IMG/VR virus record: IMGVR_UViG_3300032085_001238
DNA length: 64,000 nt
Direction: 5' to 3' (one strand)
Origin: an uncultured virus (IMG/VR IMGVR_UViG_3300032085_001238)
Lineage: Duplodnaviria > Heunggongvirae > Uroviricota > Caudoviricetes
Below the pieces are notes generated by a model. That model saw only the letters and a list, made by a program, of their open reading frames with translations. It was not told the origin of the DNA and ran no database searches. Positions 49,204-58,352 of this stretch are shown here, piece by piece; the stretch's first letter is position 1; every line of letters begins with the position of its first letter. A program made the translations under genes and the position numbers.

Positions 49204-50817
49204 TTATTTAATTAACCAAGTTAAATCTTCTTTTTCACCTACACCATTATCCATTTCATATGGATTTTTAGATGGTTGTCCAATAGAACCTATTCCAAAA
49301 CCTGCCGTGTGTTCCGATTTGTTTCCATTTGACTTCAACATTGAGTTCATTGTTGCCCATTGTTGGTCATTTTTGTCTTTCTGTAGTCTAAGAGCTGTAT
49401 CTCTAACCCAAAGTGCTATTGAATAAGACATAACTAAGTCGTCATTGTAACCTTGCATTGCTTCTGCTTTTGATTGTGAAACTCCAGTCTTGTATATAAA
49501 TACAAATAATTCATCAATTAATCGATTTGAGTGAAGTTTTACTAATTTTTCTCTTGTATATTCCTCCATTTTAGCTATTGCTAATGGACGAGTCTTTGCT
49601 GTTGTTGAAAAACCAGGCACCATATTTCTATCTTGTGCTCTGTATTTATTTGTAATGTTATGTTCCGTATCAACAACTTGTAAATCTTTTGATTGATAGA
49701 ATAGATTCTTATACCCTCTATCAATAATAGTTTGTATTGTAGCCCAACCGATATTGTTGTTCTCAACTACCAATAAAGCATCATTATATTTTGTTGCAAC
49801 TTCAATTAAGAAGTTTCCATAATCCGTTGTACTCAATTGTCCTTTGTATTCAGCACATTGTTCCATATCTTCTACTTCAAATACTTGACAAGCAGAAAAG
49901 TCACTTCCATCACCACGAGCCACATCAGCAACCACTATATATTCTTTTGTATAATCAGGTTGTCTCCAAACCCACATACCTCTATCTATTCCAACTTCCT
50001 CTACAGGTGCTTCTATCATCTCATCTTTATACCATTGTAGAATTGCAGGGTCAACTACACTTCGTCCACTTGATAGAAAATCTGTATCACATTCTTGAGC
50101 AGCTTGTGACGGCCCTAAAATCTTATCTTGTTCATCTCTCCAAACTTGGTCTCTTTCAGGATGGTCTGTCCAATGAAGTTTGATTGTATTAAATTGATTC
50201 GTACCTTCCTCAGCACCTAACCATTGTTTATGAAACCAATTACCCACACCATTAGGTGTTGATAAAGCAATACATCCACCACCAGTTGATAGTGTTTGTT
50301 GAGCAGCTGTCCATATCGTATCAATTCTATCAATGAACGCCGCCTCATCAATTATCAAAAGAGATAATGCTTCTGAACGACCAGCAGATTCATTTGAAGC
50401 AATTGCTTTAATCTGTGAACCATTTTTAAATCTTAATGATAATTTATTTATCTCTTCCGTTCCAGTCTTCAACCATTGAGGCATTCCCTCATACATCACT
50501 CTAACTTTTGTAACAAGGTTTTTAGCAGTTTCTTTACCTGTAGCAATAACAAGAATGTTCTTATCATTGTGAAATAACATCAACCACAAAGAGTATCCAG
50601 CTGATAAAGTCGATATACCTAATTGTCTAGCTTTTAAAATAATATTATAACGATTATCTTTAAATTCTGTTAAACACTTTTCTTGAAATGGATATAAATC
50701 AAACTTCACCTTACCTTTTGTAGGATGTTGAATAGTACAATACTTTCTCATAAAATGTACCGGGTCAGATGCACATTTCAAGTATTCCCTTTGTATAGCT
50801 TGTTTTAAATCACTCAT
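49204..50817 (-). CDS. terL: Terminase large subunit (gp17-like)
   Basis: LKARQLGIST, IIDEAAF, STPNG, DVARGDGSDFS, NDDLVMS. Confidence 0.96.
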   Translation of the reverse strand: MSDLKQAIQREYLKCASDPVHFMRKYCTIQHPTKGKVKFDLYPFQEKCLTEFKDNRYNIILKARQLGISTLSAGYSLWLMLFHNDKNILVIATGKETAKNLVTKVRVMYEGMPQWLKTGTEEINKLSLRFKNGSQIKAIASNESAGRSEALSLLIIDEAAFIDRIDTIWTAAQQTLSTGGGCIALSTPNGVGNWFHKQWLGAEEGTNQFNTIKLHWTDHPERDQVWRDEQDKILGPSQAAQECDTDFLSSGRSVVDPAILQWYKDEMIEAPVEEVGIDRGMWVWRQPDYTKEYIVVADVARGDGSDFSACQVFEVEDMEQCAEYKGQLSTTDYGNFLIEVATKYNDALLVVENNNIGWATIQTIIDRGYKNLFYQSKDLQVVDTEHNITNKYRAQDRNMVPGFSTTAKTRPLAIAKMEEYTREKLVKLHSNRLIDELFVFIYKTGVSQSKAEAMQGYNDDLVMSYSIALWVRDTALRLQKDKNDQQWATMNSMLKSNGNKSEHTAGFGIGSIGQPSKNPYEMDNGVGEKEDLTWLIK

Positions 50818-50818
50818 T

Positions 50819-51178
50819 TTAGTCCAATTGTCCTGCTAAATAAACAGTACTAGATGTAAAGAAGACACCACCAAAGAACCATAAATATCTATTGTGATAC
50901 CATTTTGGTTTTATGGTTTTAATCATATCTTCTTTGATTTTAATTTGTTCCTCATAAAGTTTTGCATTTTCATCACAATCATCTATGTATTCATCATATT
51001 CTTGAACTTGACTTTCTAAATTCGTATAAGCACTTTCACATACTTCTCTTTTAAATTGAAGTTCTTTAATATTGTTTGTCATATTAATAACTTCTTCTTC
51101 TGAAAAACAAGTTCCTTCACAAATGTCTTGTGTGAATGAAAAACTTAGTAATAATATTAATAGTAATTTAGTAACCAC
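50819..51178 (-). CDS. Signal peptide + coiled coil + C-terminal TM protein (spanin-like)
   Basis: Start moved to GTG 51178 behind GGAGG; KPKWY...WFFGGVFF. Confidence 0.5.
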   Translation of the reverse strand: MVTKLLLILLLSFSFTQDICEGTCFSEEEVINMTNNIKELQFKREVCESAYTNLESQVQEYDEYIDDCDENAKLYEEQIKIKEDMIKTIKPKWYHNRYLWFFGGVFFTSSTVYLAGQLD

Positions 51179-51671
51179 TTCTACCACCTCCCATTGAACC
51201 ACCTGATGTTCTGGTTCTTGTACCACTTGTTCTACGCGTTGATGTTTGAGTTCTTGTACCACTAGTTGATGTTTGCATTCCTCCATTATTTCTTACAAAT
51301 ACATCTTGTTCATTACCATCCATTGTATGTTGTGTCATAAAATTGGAAGTTCTACCAATTGGTGTTATTGTATGATGGTGTAATTTAGTGTTCGCAGGAA
51401 CTACATTTCCATTGCTATAAAAGTAATTACCATTACCAAAAGTTGAACCATCACCAACTTCAAATGGTGTAATAACATCCTTAATTACATTTTGATTTGT
51501 TCTGTTACCTCTTAGCTGTTCAAGTCTTTGTGATGTACCTTCAATTCCACCACCTTCTGTTGAAAATGGTTCACCGGCTATCATTATAACTTTACCACTG
51601 TAACTTACATCAGTTCCAGCTATTTTGTATGAAATATTATTTCCATTTGTATGTCCTGGTTCATGTGGCAT
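51168..51671 (-). CDS. Hypothetical protein with Thr/Gly/Arg-rich tail
   Basis: 167-aa ORF. Confidence 0.6.
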   Translation of the reverse strand: MPHEPGHTNGNNISYKIAGTDVSYSGKVIMIAGEPFSTEGGGIEGTSQRLEQLRGNRTNQNVIKDVITPFEVGDGSTFGNGNYFYSNGNVVPANTKLHHHTITPIGRTSNFMTQHTMDGNEQDVFVRNNGGMQTSTSGTRTQTSTRRTSGTRTRTSGGSMGGGRSGY

Positions 51672-51976
51672 TATTTCTTCTCCTTACTAAAGTTTTTTAA
51701 GAAATCTTTAGCTTCTTTATTGGAAACTTTCTTTTTCTTATATTTTTTATTTTTTATTTCTTTAATAGCTTTTTTCCTATTTTCTAAACTCTTTTTAATT
51801 GCTTTTTGTGACTTCTTTTTACCCTTTAATGCATTAGAAACTCTTTTAGAATCTTTCTTCAACCCTTTAAGTTTCTCATCTTTTTTACCAGCACTTCTAC
51901 CTGATAAAAATGCAACAAGGATTCCACCACACAAAACAAAAAATCCTATAACATATTTTTTTATTTTACTAAACAT
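51671..51976 (-). CDS. N-terminal TM plus basic coiled-coil protein
   Basis: Hydrophobic residues about 9-24; Lys-rich tail. Confidence 0.6.
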   Translation of the reverse strand: MFSKIKKYVIGFFVLCGGILVAFLSGRSAGKKDEKLKGLKKDSKRVSNALKGKKKSQKAIKKSLENRKKAIKEIKNKKYKKKKVSNKEAKDFLKNFSKEKK

Positions 51977-51977
51977 A

Positions 51978-52127
51978 TTATTTACCGAAAGGTAATTTAT
52001 CCCATACAGGTTTAATTACTGCATCGAATATAATATCGTCTTTTTTACTTGGAGATAATTTTACGATTTTTTCTAATGTATAAAATCCTAACATTATCCA
52101 TTCCCAATTTGCCATCATCCAATCCAT
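51978..52127 (-). CDS. Small holin-like protein (49 aa)
   Basis: Missed by track; AGGAG RBS; MDWMMANWEWIMLGFYTLEKIVKLSPSKKDD... Confidence 0.55.
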   Translation of the reverse strand: MDWMMANWEWIMLGFYTLEKIVKLSPSKKDDIIFDAVIKPVWDKLPFGK

Positions 52128-52137
52128 TTTACTTCTC

Positions 52138-52638
52138 CTATTGTGTGTTTTTATTTATTGACATTTCTACTTCACCATTTGCTAGGGCGTTAGCCACTGT
52201 TTTATCAAATGGATTTTTCTTTCTTTGCTCTGTCATTTCATCTACCCATTGTCTCATTTCTTCTTCAATGGATTTCATATTTTTAAAATCTTTTAATCTA
52301 CGATAAGCAAACCATCTTAATTTTGAATCAAATTGTAAATCCATTTCATAATTAAGTTGACAATGATAACATCTACCATCAGCTTTATATGTATCTTTAT
52401 CCCATTTTTTTAAGATAAGTTTTTTACAACCAGAACATTTATTATCCCAAGAATGATGTCTAACATTGTTTGTATTTTTTGTTCTATATCCATCTCGTTG
52501 TTCCCACTCATTACCATCAGAATCAGTCCATTTATCACCAACTTCTCTTTTTTCATCTTGAGAAGAATATCCAACTTGTATTTTACTCTTATAGTTTCCA
52601 TCCAACATATCTTGGACTTTTTGTAAATTTTTACTCAT
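52138..52638 (-). CDS. Zn-finger-like hypothetical protein
   Basis: CSGC...CYHC; GDKWTDSDGNEWEQRDG. Confidence 0.7.
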   Translation of the reverse strand: MSKNLQKVQDMLDGNYKSKIQVGYSSQDEKREVGDKWTDSDGNEWEQRDGYRTKNTNNVRHHSWDNKCSGCKKLILKKWDKDTYKADGRCYHCQLNYEMDLQFDSKLRWFAYRRLKDFKNMKSIEEEMRQWVDEMTEQRKKNPFDKTVANALANGEVEMSINKNTQ

Positions 52639-52668
52639 ATTTCCTCTTATTCTTGTATATATAAATAT

Positions 52669-55600
52669 CTAAAAATAAATTAAACCTGTAATTTGATTGA
52701 TTGGAGCAAATGCACCTGTGAATTTATAAGTCTTTCCTTTATACTTGAACACTATTCCTTCACTTGGAACAATAGCATTCACACCACCAATTGCATTTAA
52801 TTTATCTAATTGTAATTTTAATGTATTTAATTTATTCTTATCACCACTAGCTTTTACATTCTCTATTGATGTTTTTAATTTCTTTCTAATACTTTGAACT
52901 GATTTCTTTGGATTAGCAGCCATAAATCCTTTTACATTCTTTAATATTTCTGCACCAACTCCAAAGAACAATTCTTCAAATGGTTTCATATTTTCTTTAA
53001 CCATTTTTGCGTGATTTTCTTTATCAGTCTTCAATACCCATTCTAAAAATTCAGATTCATCTTTTAATTCTTTTCTTATTGTAGGTATCTTATATGACTT
53101 ATCAAAGAAAGCCCATCGTTTAGTTAGATTTTCTAAAATATCGTCTGTAATATCATAGTTAAATTGTTGTGCTGCATTATAAATATATTCTTCCCAATAT
53201 GATTGATGATATAAACCTAATGTATCATTATCTTTTAATCCATATTGATTTCTTAATTTATTCAATTCACCAATAAATTTAGATTTCATTGTTCCAAAGT
53301 CTTGATGTTTTGGTACATCTAAAAATACAGGTTTTCCTATCTTGTATTTCTTTTGAATGTTTTGGTTTCTTTGTTTAATCATACCAGCCAATACTCTTCC
53401 ACTTCCTTTTACTTCACCTTTTACATTTCCTTTGTCGTCATAAACCAATGCTCCGTGAAATACCAATTCAGCTTTATCATAATTAACTACATTTTCTGAT
53501 TTAGGCCACATTACCTCTAAATTCATAAAGTTATATCCATTGTTGAATATCTTTTCTTTTTGTTTGTCTGATAATGATTTGATAGCTTTTTCTAAATCTT
53601 TCATAGCAAATACAAAAGCATCTTTTATATCACCTCTACCTTTGAATTTACTTATGATACCTTTTGTATCCAATGCAGTTTTTCCACCATTCTTAATGTG
53701 TCCTTTATTTCTAGCTGCAATAAGTTTTCCGTCTTTCCAACTTATCATAATGTTTTGTCCATCTAATTTCTCTGTAACTCCATCTTCACGACTTAATGTT
53801 CCACCTAATCCATTTTCTATAATTTTTTTTAAATCACCAAAAGTTAAATCCTTATCATCAAATGGATGTGCCATATGTCCGTAAGCTCCACCTTCATTCA
53901 ATAATTCTTTTTTCCACCAATCTTTTGTAAATACATTTTCTTCAACTTCTTCTTTTTCTTGTTGTTTAATTGTATCCACAGTATCTTTAGCAATTTGTTT
54001 TTTTATATCTTTATCTTGTTTAGTGAATTTCATCAATTCATAACCAACCTCTTCGGCTTTTGTTTTCATCGCTCTAAACCATTTATTGTAACCTTTTACT
54101 CCTGTTAGGTTTTCTTGGTTGTTTGGTGTAACTCCTGTTCCTATTCCGGCTGGTAAATACGATACAGAATTATGAGGACCAATTGGCCAACCATCTAACA
54201 TTTCATATTCACTTGGTGGTAAGTCATCTGAATTGTTTTGTAATATATAATTAATTACAGTCCAACCAAGTTTTTCTGCTTCTTGATTACCTCTACCTTT
54301 ATAATGTTCTGCATTTTTAAACATTAAACTTGGACCTGAATCCACACCTTGAATACCTCCAGCATTTGCGGTGTTTGAAACTTCTAATAATTTACTCATA
54401 TCAGTATGAATTAAAAACTCATCTATTTCTTTTGATTTTTCAATTCTAAATTTAAGAGCTGGTCTTCCATTGATTAATAAATCACCTTTTTCATTCCAAT
54501 CCATTGTTTTAATAACAACCTTTTTGTTTTTGAATTTACCCATTCTAACCGTATCACCTATGTTGATTGGTAATTTAATGTCTTCACTCAATTGATTTCT
54601 TAATTTTTCTATTTCTTTTTGTATCTTTTTTTGATTTGGTGAACCTGGCATTTGTTTGAAAGCTTTAGAATATAATTTACTTATTTGTAATTTTAATGCT
54701 CTATCCTTTTTACTACCTTTTTTAAACCAATCTTCATTTATGTCTTCTGTAGCTAATCTTATCAACTGAGATAACATTTGTGGATTTGATGTTAAGTATT
54801 TTACTAATTGGTTTTTGTTAGTTAATAACTTATTAGGTATTTTTAATTTTTTAATAGCTTTTTTAAAATCAACGTCATGTAATAAATCTCTATCCTCACC
54901 ATCAAAGTGTTTTTTGTTTTTTGGTTTTTCTTTTGTATTATCCCAAGTAACGACATCATTTTCTTTTACAGGTTCCCAACCTCTTTTGATTTTATCTTTT
55001 TTTCTTTTTTGGACACCTGCTTTAGAATCACTACTATCATCAAAGTCATATGTTTCAGGTTCTGCCTCCAACCCATCAATGTGTGGACCACTATGATATT
55101 GATGATGTTTAAGAAATTGTTTAAATTTTTTCTTATCTGTTGGGCTACTTATTTTCATTTTTTTATATTTATCTGTAACTTTGTTTGGTAATGATTCATT
55201 CATTTCAAATAATTTTTTAAATTTATTCACCATCATTTGAAACACACCATCGTTAAAGTAACCAAACATCTTCTTAAATAACTTAGCTCTTTGTTTATCA
55301 TCAAACTTATCTGAACCCAATAATTCTCTCATTGTAGTTCCACTAACTTCTTTACCACCTACTGATATTGAAACATGTGGTGCAACTAAATAATATCCAT
55401 TTTCACCATAACCTTTTAAATTTTTTTTGTTTTTTAAATAATCTTGGAAATACTTTCCACCACCTCCTAATCTACCTGCATCTTTAGCACCGAATACATA
55501 AACGAATGCTGTTGTTTTTTTATCATATTTCTTTTCTAAATTTTTTGCAACATAAGGTGATTTTTCTTCTATGATGTATTTTGACTTAACACCCATTTTA

Positions 55601-55824
55601 GACATATGTCTGACTTTTTCTTTAAAGTTCATTGGGTGTCTTGGTGGTTTCTTTATATTGGATGTTGTGATGTATGCTTCATCAACTTTGGATTGTAACC
55701 ATTTATATGTTTTTAAATGATGAGGGCCGAATGGTTGAAATCTACCACCGTATATACCAATGACTTTTTTTATTCCATTGGCTTCTAAAATTGGTTTTAT
55801 TATTTCTTCTACAAGTCTATTCAC
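52669..55824 (-). CDS. Multidomain protein: N-terminal HxGH-like nucleotidyltransferase plus C-terminal KxDG ligase-like domain
   Basis: IYGGRFQPFGPHH, VSGTTMR; EKLDGQN, EGIVF, YKFTG. Confidence 0.7.
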   Translation of the reverse strand: MNRLVEEIIKPILEANGIKKVIGIYGGRFQPFGPHHLKTYKWLQSKVDEAYITTSNIKKPPRHPMNFKEKVRHMSKMGVKSKYIIEEKSPYVAKNLEKKYDKKTTAFVYVFGAKDAGRLGGGGKYFQDYLKNKKNLKGYGENGYYLVAPHVSISVGGKEVSGTTMRELLGSDKFDDKQRAKLFKKMFGYFNDGVFQMMVNKFKKLFEMNESLPNKVTDKYKKMKISSPTDKKKFKQFLKHHQYHSGPHIDGLEAEPETYDFDDSSDSKAGVQKRKKDKIKRGWEPVKENDVVTWDNTKEKPKNKKHFDGEDRDLLHDVDFKKAIKKLKIPNKLLTNKNQLVKYLTSNPQMLSQLIRLATEDINEDWFKKGSKKDRALKLQISKLYSKAFKQMPGSPNQKKIQKEIEKLRNQLSEDIKLPINIGDTVRMGKFKNKKVVIKTMDWNEKGDLLINGRPALKFRIEKSKEIDEFLIHTDMSKLLEVSNTANAGGIQGVDSGPSLMFKNAEHYKGRGNQEAEKLGWTVINYILQNNSDDLPPSEYEMLDGWPIGPHNSVSYLPAGIGTGVTPNNQENLTGVKGYNKWFRAMKTKAEEVGYELMKFTKQDKDIKKQIAKDTVDTIKQQEKEEVEENVFTKDWWKKELLNEGGAYGHMAHPFDDKDLTFGDLKKIIENGLGGTLSREDGVTEKLDGQNIMISWKDGKLIAARNKGHIKNGGKTALDTKGIISKFKGRGDIKDAFVFAMKDLEKAIKSLSDKQKEKIFNNGYNFMNLEVMWPKSENVVNYDKAELVFHGALVYDDKGNVKGEVKGSGRVLAGMIKQRNQNIQKKYKIGKPVFLDVPKHQDFGTMKSKFIGELNKLRNQYGLKDNDTLGLYHQSYWEEYIYNAAQQFNYDITDDILENLTKRWAFFDKSYKIPTIRKELKDESEFLEWVLKTDKENHAKMVKENMKPFEELFFGVGAEILKNVKGFMAANPKKSVQSIRKKLKTSIENVKASGDKNKLNTLKLQLDKLNAIGGVNAIVPSEGIVFKYKGKTYKFTGAFAPINQITGLIYF

Positions 55825-55839
55825 AATATTCCTCTATAT

Positions 55840-55873
55840 AATATACGACATTTTTAGTAATTAAACAAGCTTT
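55840..55873 (-). promoter_or_regulatory. Sigma70-like promoter
   Basis: AAAGCTTGTTT-N17-TATATT. Confidence 0.55.
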
Positions 55874-55875
55874 AT

Positions 55876-56136
55876 TTACATAACATTTTTGTTAAACCAA
55901 GCTTTTAATTTAGTGCTTAATTCATATGAATCGTCATCATTAAGTTTTCTTGATTCTTTTCTCAATAAACCAATTATTTTAGTAAAAGCTCTATCGGCTT
56001 TTCCTTCTGTAATTTTTTCTTCTGCTTTAACACAATTACGATATGTTTTACCAAACATTTTTTTTGTTTTACGAGTTGGATGTGTCTTATATCCTTTTTG
56101 ACACTTTTCTGATATTAAGTCTTTTAATTTTACCAT
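55876..56136 (-). CDS. Putative internal head protein
   Basis: Start moved to MVKLKDLISE; CQKGYK...NCVK module. Confidence 0.6.
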   Translation of the reverse strand: MVKLKDLISEKCQKGYKTHPTRKTKKMFGKTYRNCVKAEEKITEGKADRAFTKIIGLLRKESRKLNDDDSYELSTKLKAWFNKNVM

Positions 56137-57248
56137 GTTCGACACGCCCAATATCTAGCTTTATATTTTGGTCCTGGATTATCACAATTATGTCTTGCTC
56201 TAAATGATTTTCTAGCTCCAGGATTTGATTTTCTGATTCTCATCGTTCCACCTTTAGCATCACCACCTTGTCCAAAATGAACAACTACTGTATTACCTTT
56301 ATCATTCTTTACATAAACTTTAAACTTTTTCTTATCACCTTGCATGATTTTATTTAATTTAACTTTTCTACCTTGATATTCTGCTTCTTGTAAATCCTCA
56401 CCATTAAATTCAAAGGTATATCCATATCCTTTACCATTTACTTCATAGTAAACTTCTTTTACACAATTAGGCACCATCTTGTCACCTTTTTTCTTCATAC
56501 CAAGTTGTTTATATCCAACCCAACAAGTTCCTCGTTTTTCTTCAATTGATTCTTTTTTAGATTTATTGCCCCAATTCTTAGCACCTACTTTTCTACATTT
56601 AACCAAAGCACCACTCGCATAAGCAGAAGGCCATACATCATATCTTGCTTTTACTTTATGATAACAAGCATCTTTCTTTTCTGATAATACTTCACAATAC
56701 TCTTCAAGAATAATTTCTGTTAATTTTTCTTTGGATATATCCATTACACTCTCCGATTTTTTCTTTTTACCAGCACAGTGTGCTTTTTGACTGAATCCTT
56801 TTGGATTACTACAATCTATTGACTTTTTATATTTTTGACTCCAACCTTCATTTTTCTTTTTAGTAATCTTTTTCATCTTATTTATATAAGCTCTATAAAC
56901 ACCAGCTTGAGATGTTTTACCCATCTCTTTTGCTCTTTGTTCCATAGCTACAGCTGCTTGTATTTTGTGAGCGTGTGATTTACCACTTCCGTTTATTTTA
57001 CTCACACTAGCTTTCGCATCTTTTACCGTTGCAAACTTTAATCCTTTAATAGTTCCCTTTGGGTTCTCATCCGTGTATAAATCCGAATGTTTCTTTGAAC
57101 CTGCTGGTTGTCCTTTTTTTCTTGGTACTCTTGGATTCTTTTTTTCACCCATTTTAATTTGTCCTAAAGGCCTTGGCCCACATCTCTTTCTATATTGTGC
57201 ATCACTTTCACCTGACTTCTTTCTTCTTGGATTACAATTCTTAGGCAC
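56130..57248 (-). CDS. Polymodular basic Cys-pair protein
   Basis: About 6 short Lys-rich modules, mostly bounded by xxE junctions. Confidence 0.7.
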   Translation of the reverse strand: MPKNCNPRRKKSGESDAQYRKRCGPRPLGQIKMGEKKNPRVPRKKGQPAGSKKHSDLYTDENPKGTIKGLKFATVKDAKASVSKINGSGKSHAHKIQAAVAMEQRAKEMGKTSQAGVYRAYINKMKKITKKKNEGWSQKYKKSIDCSNPKGFSQKAHCAGKKKKSESVMDISKEKLTEIILEEYCEVLSEKKDACYHKVKARYDVWPSAYASGALVKCRKVGAKNWGNKSKKESIEEKRGTCWVGYKQLGMKKKGDKMVPNCVKEVYYEVNGKGYGYTFEFNGEDLQEAEYQGRKVKLNKIMQGDKKKFKVYVKNDKGNTVVVHFGQGGDAKGGTMRIRKSNPGARKSFRARHNCDNPGPKYKARYWACRTW

Positions 57249-57957
57249 CTGTTTTCACCTTAGTGGTTTTTTGTCCTTTACTTTTTTCACCACCTTTTTT
57301 AGAATCACCTGCTTTTTTCTGTGCAGCTCTTTTTCTATTAACAAAAGCCGCTATACCTTTCTTTCCAAGTTTTGCTGCTTTGTTAGCAGATAAACATGCA
57401 GCATATGCATCACCTTTTTTACCACCACCACATTTACCAAGTTTTTTACCTGTTGAACTATATCTATCCCAACCACCAGCAGTAGTTCCACCAGCTCCAC
57501 CTTTTTTAAACCATTGACTTAAATTTTCATTAGTGACTTCAGGTTGTTGAGCTCTATCAATAATCACATTAACATGTAGTTGAATGAAGTGTGTATCTTC
57601 CTCTTCTTCACCGTGTCCAGTTATTTCTGCAATTCTACCTAATTGAAAAGAAATCGTATTACACAATTTAACGGCGTGGTCGATTGGGTCGTGGTTTAAT
57701 GGTTCTTGAGCAACAACTTGTTTTTCCATTTCAAACAAGTGGTCGAAATCTTTAGCTGATTGAATAACTAATTCTTTAGCATCTTCATTTTGTTTTAATT
57801 TTTCATAAAGAGTTACAGCAGATTTACAAATATCAAAGTGTTTGGTTTGATAACCAAATATATCAATGTTTTCACCACCACCAAAATGTTCAGGTGCATT
57901 TTCTGGATATTTGTTTTCTTGTTCTTGTTCAACTAATAATGTTTTTAATTTAATCAT
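57241..57957 (-). CDS. Putative internal head protein
   Basis: Start moved to MIKLKTLLVE; ENLSQWF...CG...AC module. Confidence 0.65.
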   Translation of the reverse strand: MIKLKTLLVEQEQENKYPENAPEHFGGGENIDIFGYQTKHFDICKSAVTLYEKLKQNEDAKELVIQSAKDFDHLFEMEKQVVAQEPLNHDPIDHAVKLCNTISFQLGRIAEITGHGEEEEDTHFIQLHVNVIIDRAQQPEVTNENLSQWFKKGGAGGTTAGGWDRYSSTGKKLGKCGGGKKGDAYAACLSANKAAKLGKKGIAAFVNRKRAAQKKAGDSKKGGEKSKGQKTTKVKTGA

Positions 57958-58021
57958 TGTGATTCCCTTGACAGCAATCACATTCACATTTACAATTTTC
58001 ACAACACTTACAATTACTCAT
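57950..58021 (-). CDS. Metallothionein-like micro-protein (23 aa, 8 Cys)
   Basis: MSNCKCCENCKCECDCCQGNHND; GAGGAG RBS; overlaps both neighbours. Confidence 0.6.
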   Translation of the reverse strand: MSNCKCCENCKCECDCCQGNHND

Positions 58022-58352
58022 CATCTTTCTCCTCTTCATCCTCTTCAGTAGCTTCGTGAGAATGTTCTTTTAATTCAACAACTTCTAACATAGAAGTTGG
58101 AATGTTTTTAATTGTTTTGTTACCGAACTTTACATCGTATTTTGTAATAGTTCCATCTTCAAATAATGTGTGATGAATCACTTCACCTACAACATCACCA
58201 TACTTTTCTTTATCGGTGGAAGACTTCCACTCCATATGAGTCGCTCAGTTATGGGCAACTTCTTTGTTTTTCTTTATGATTTGAGGATGAGCATCAGTTT
58301 CAGCAAGTACTTCTTTGATGATTTCTCTCAATGATTCTTTTGTTAGTTTCAT
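58014..58352 (-). CDS. Candidate selenoprotein (112 aa, UGA at codon 36)
   Basis: AGGAG RBS, ATGA overlap with the upstream gene, in-frame TGA at 58245-58247 in HN*ATH, SECIS-like hairpin downstream. Confidence 0.75.
58215..58233 (-). promoter_or_regulatory. Bacterial SECIS-like hairpin
   Basis: GGAGUGGAAGUCUUCCACC; apical GU about 20 nt 3' of the UGA. Confidence 0.65.

Noticed and set aside
911..50817. Introns or inteins in PolB, RNR, helicase, UvsX or terminase
   Set aside because: The ORFs are continuous and of normal length, with no intein splice motifs seen.
58245..58247. Genome-wide TGA reassignment (code 4/25) as the explanation for the in-frame TGA
   Set aside because: TGA serves as a normal stop elsewhere, including ATGA overlaps at 12348, 42814, 58349 and 58906. 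Long genes are intact under code 11 and Trp is TGG.
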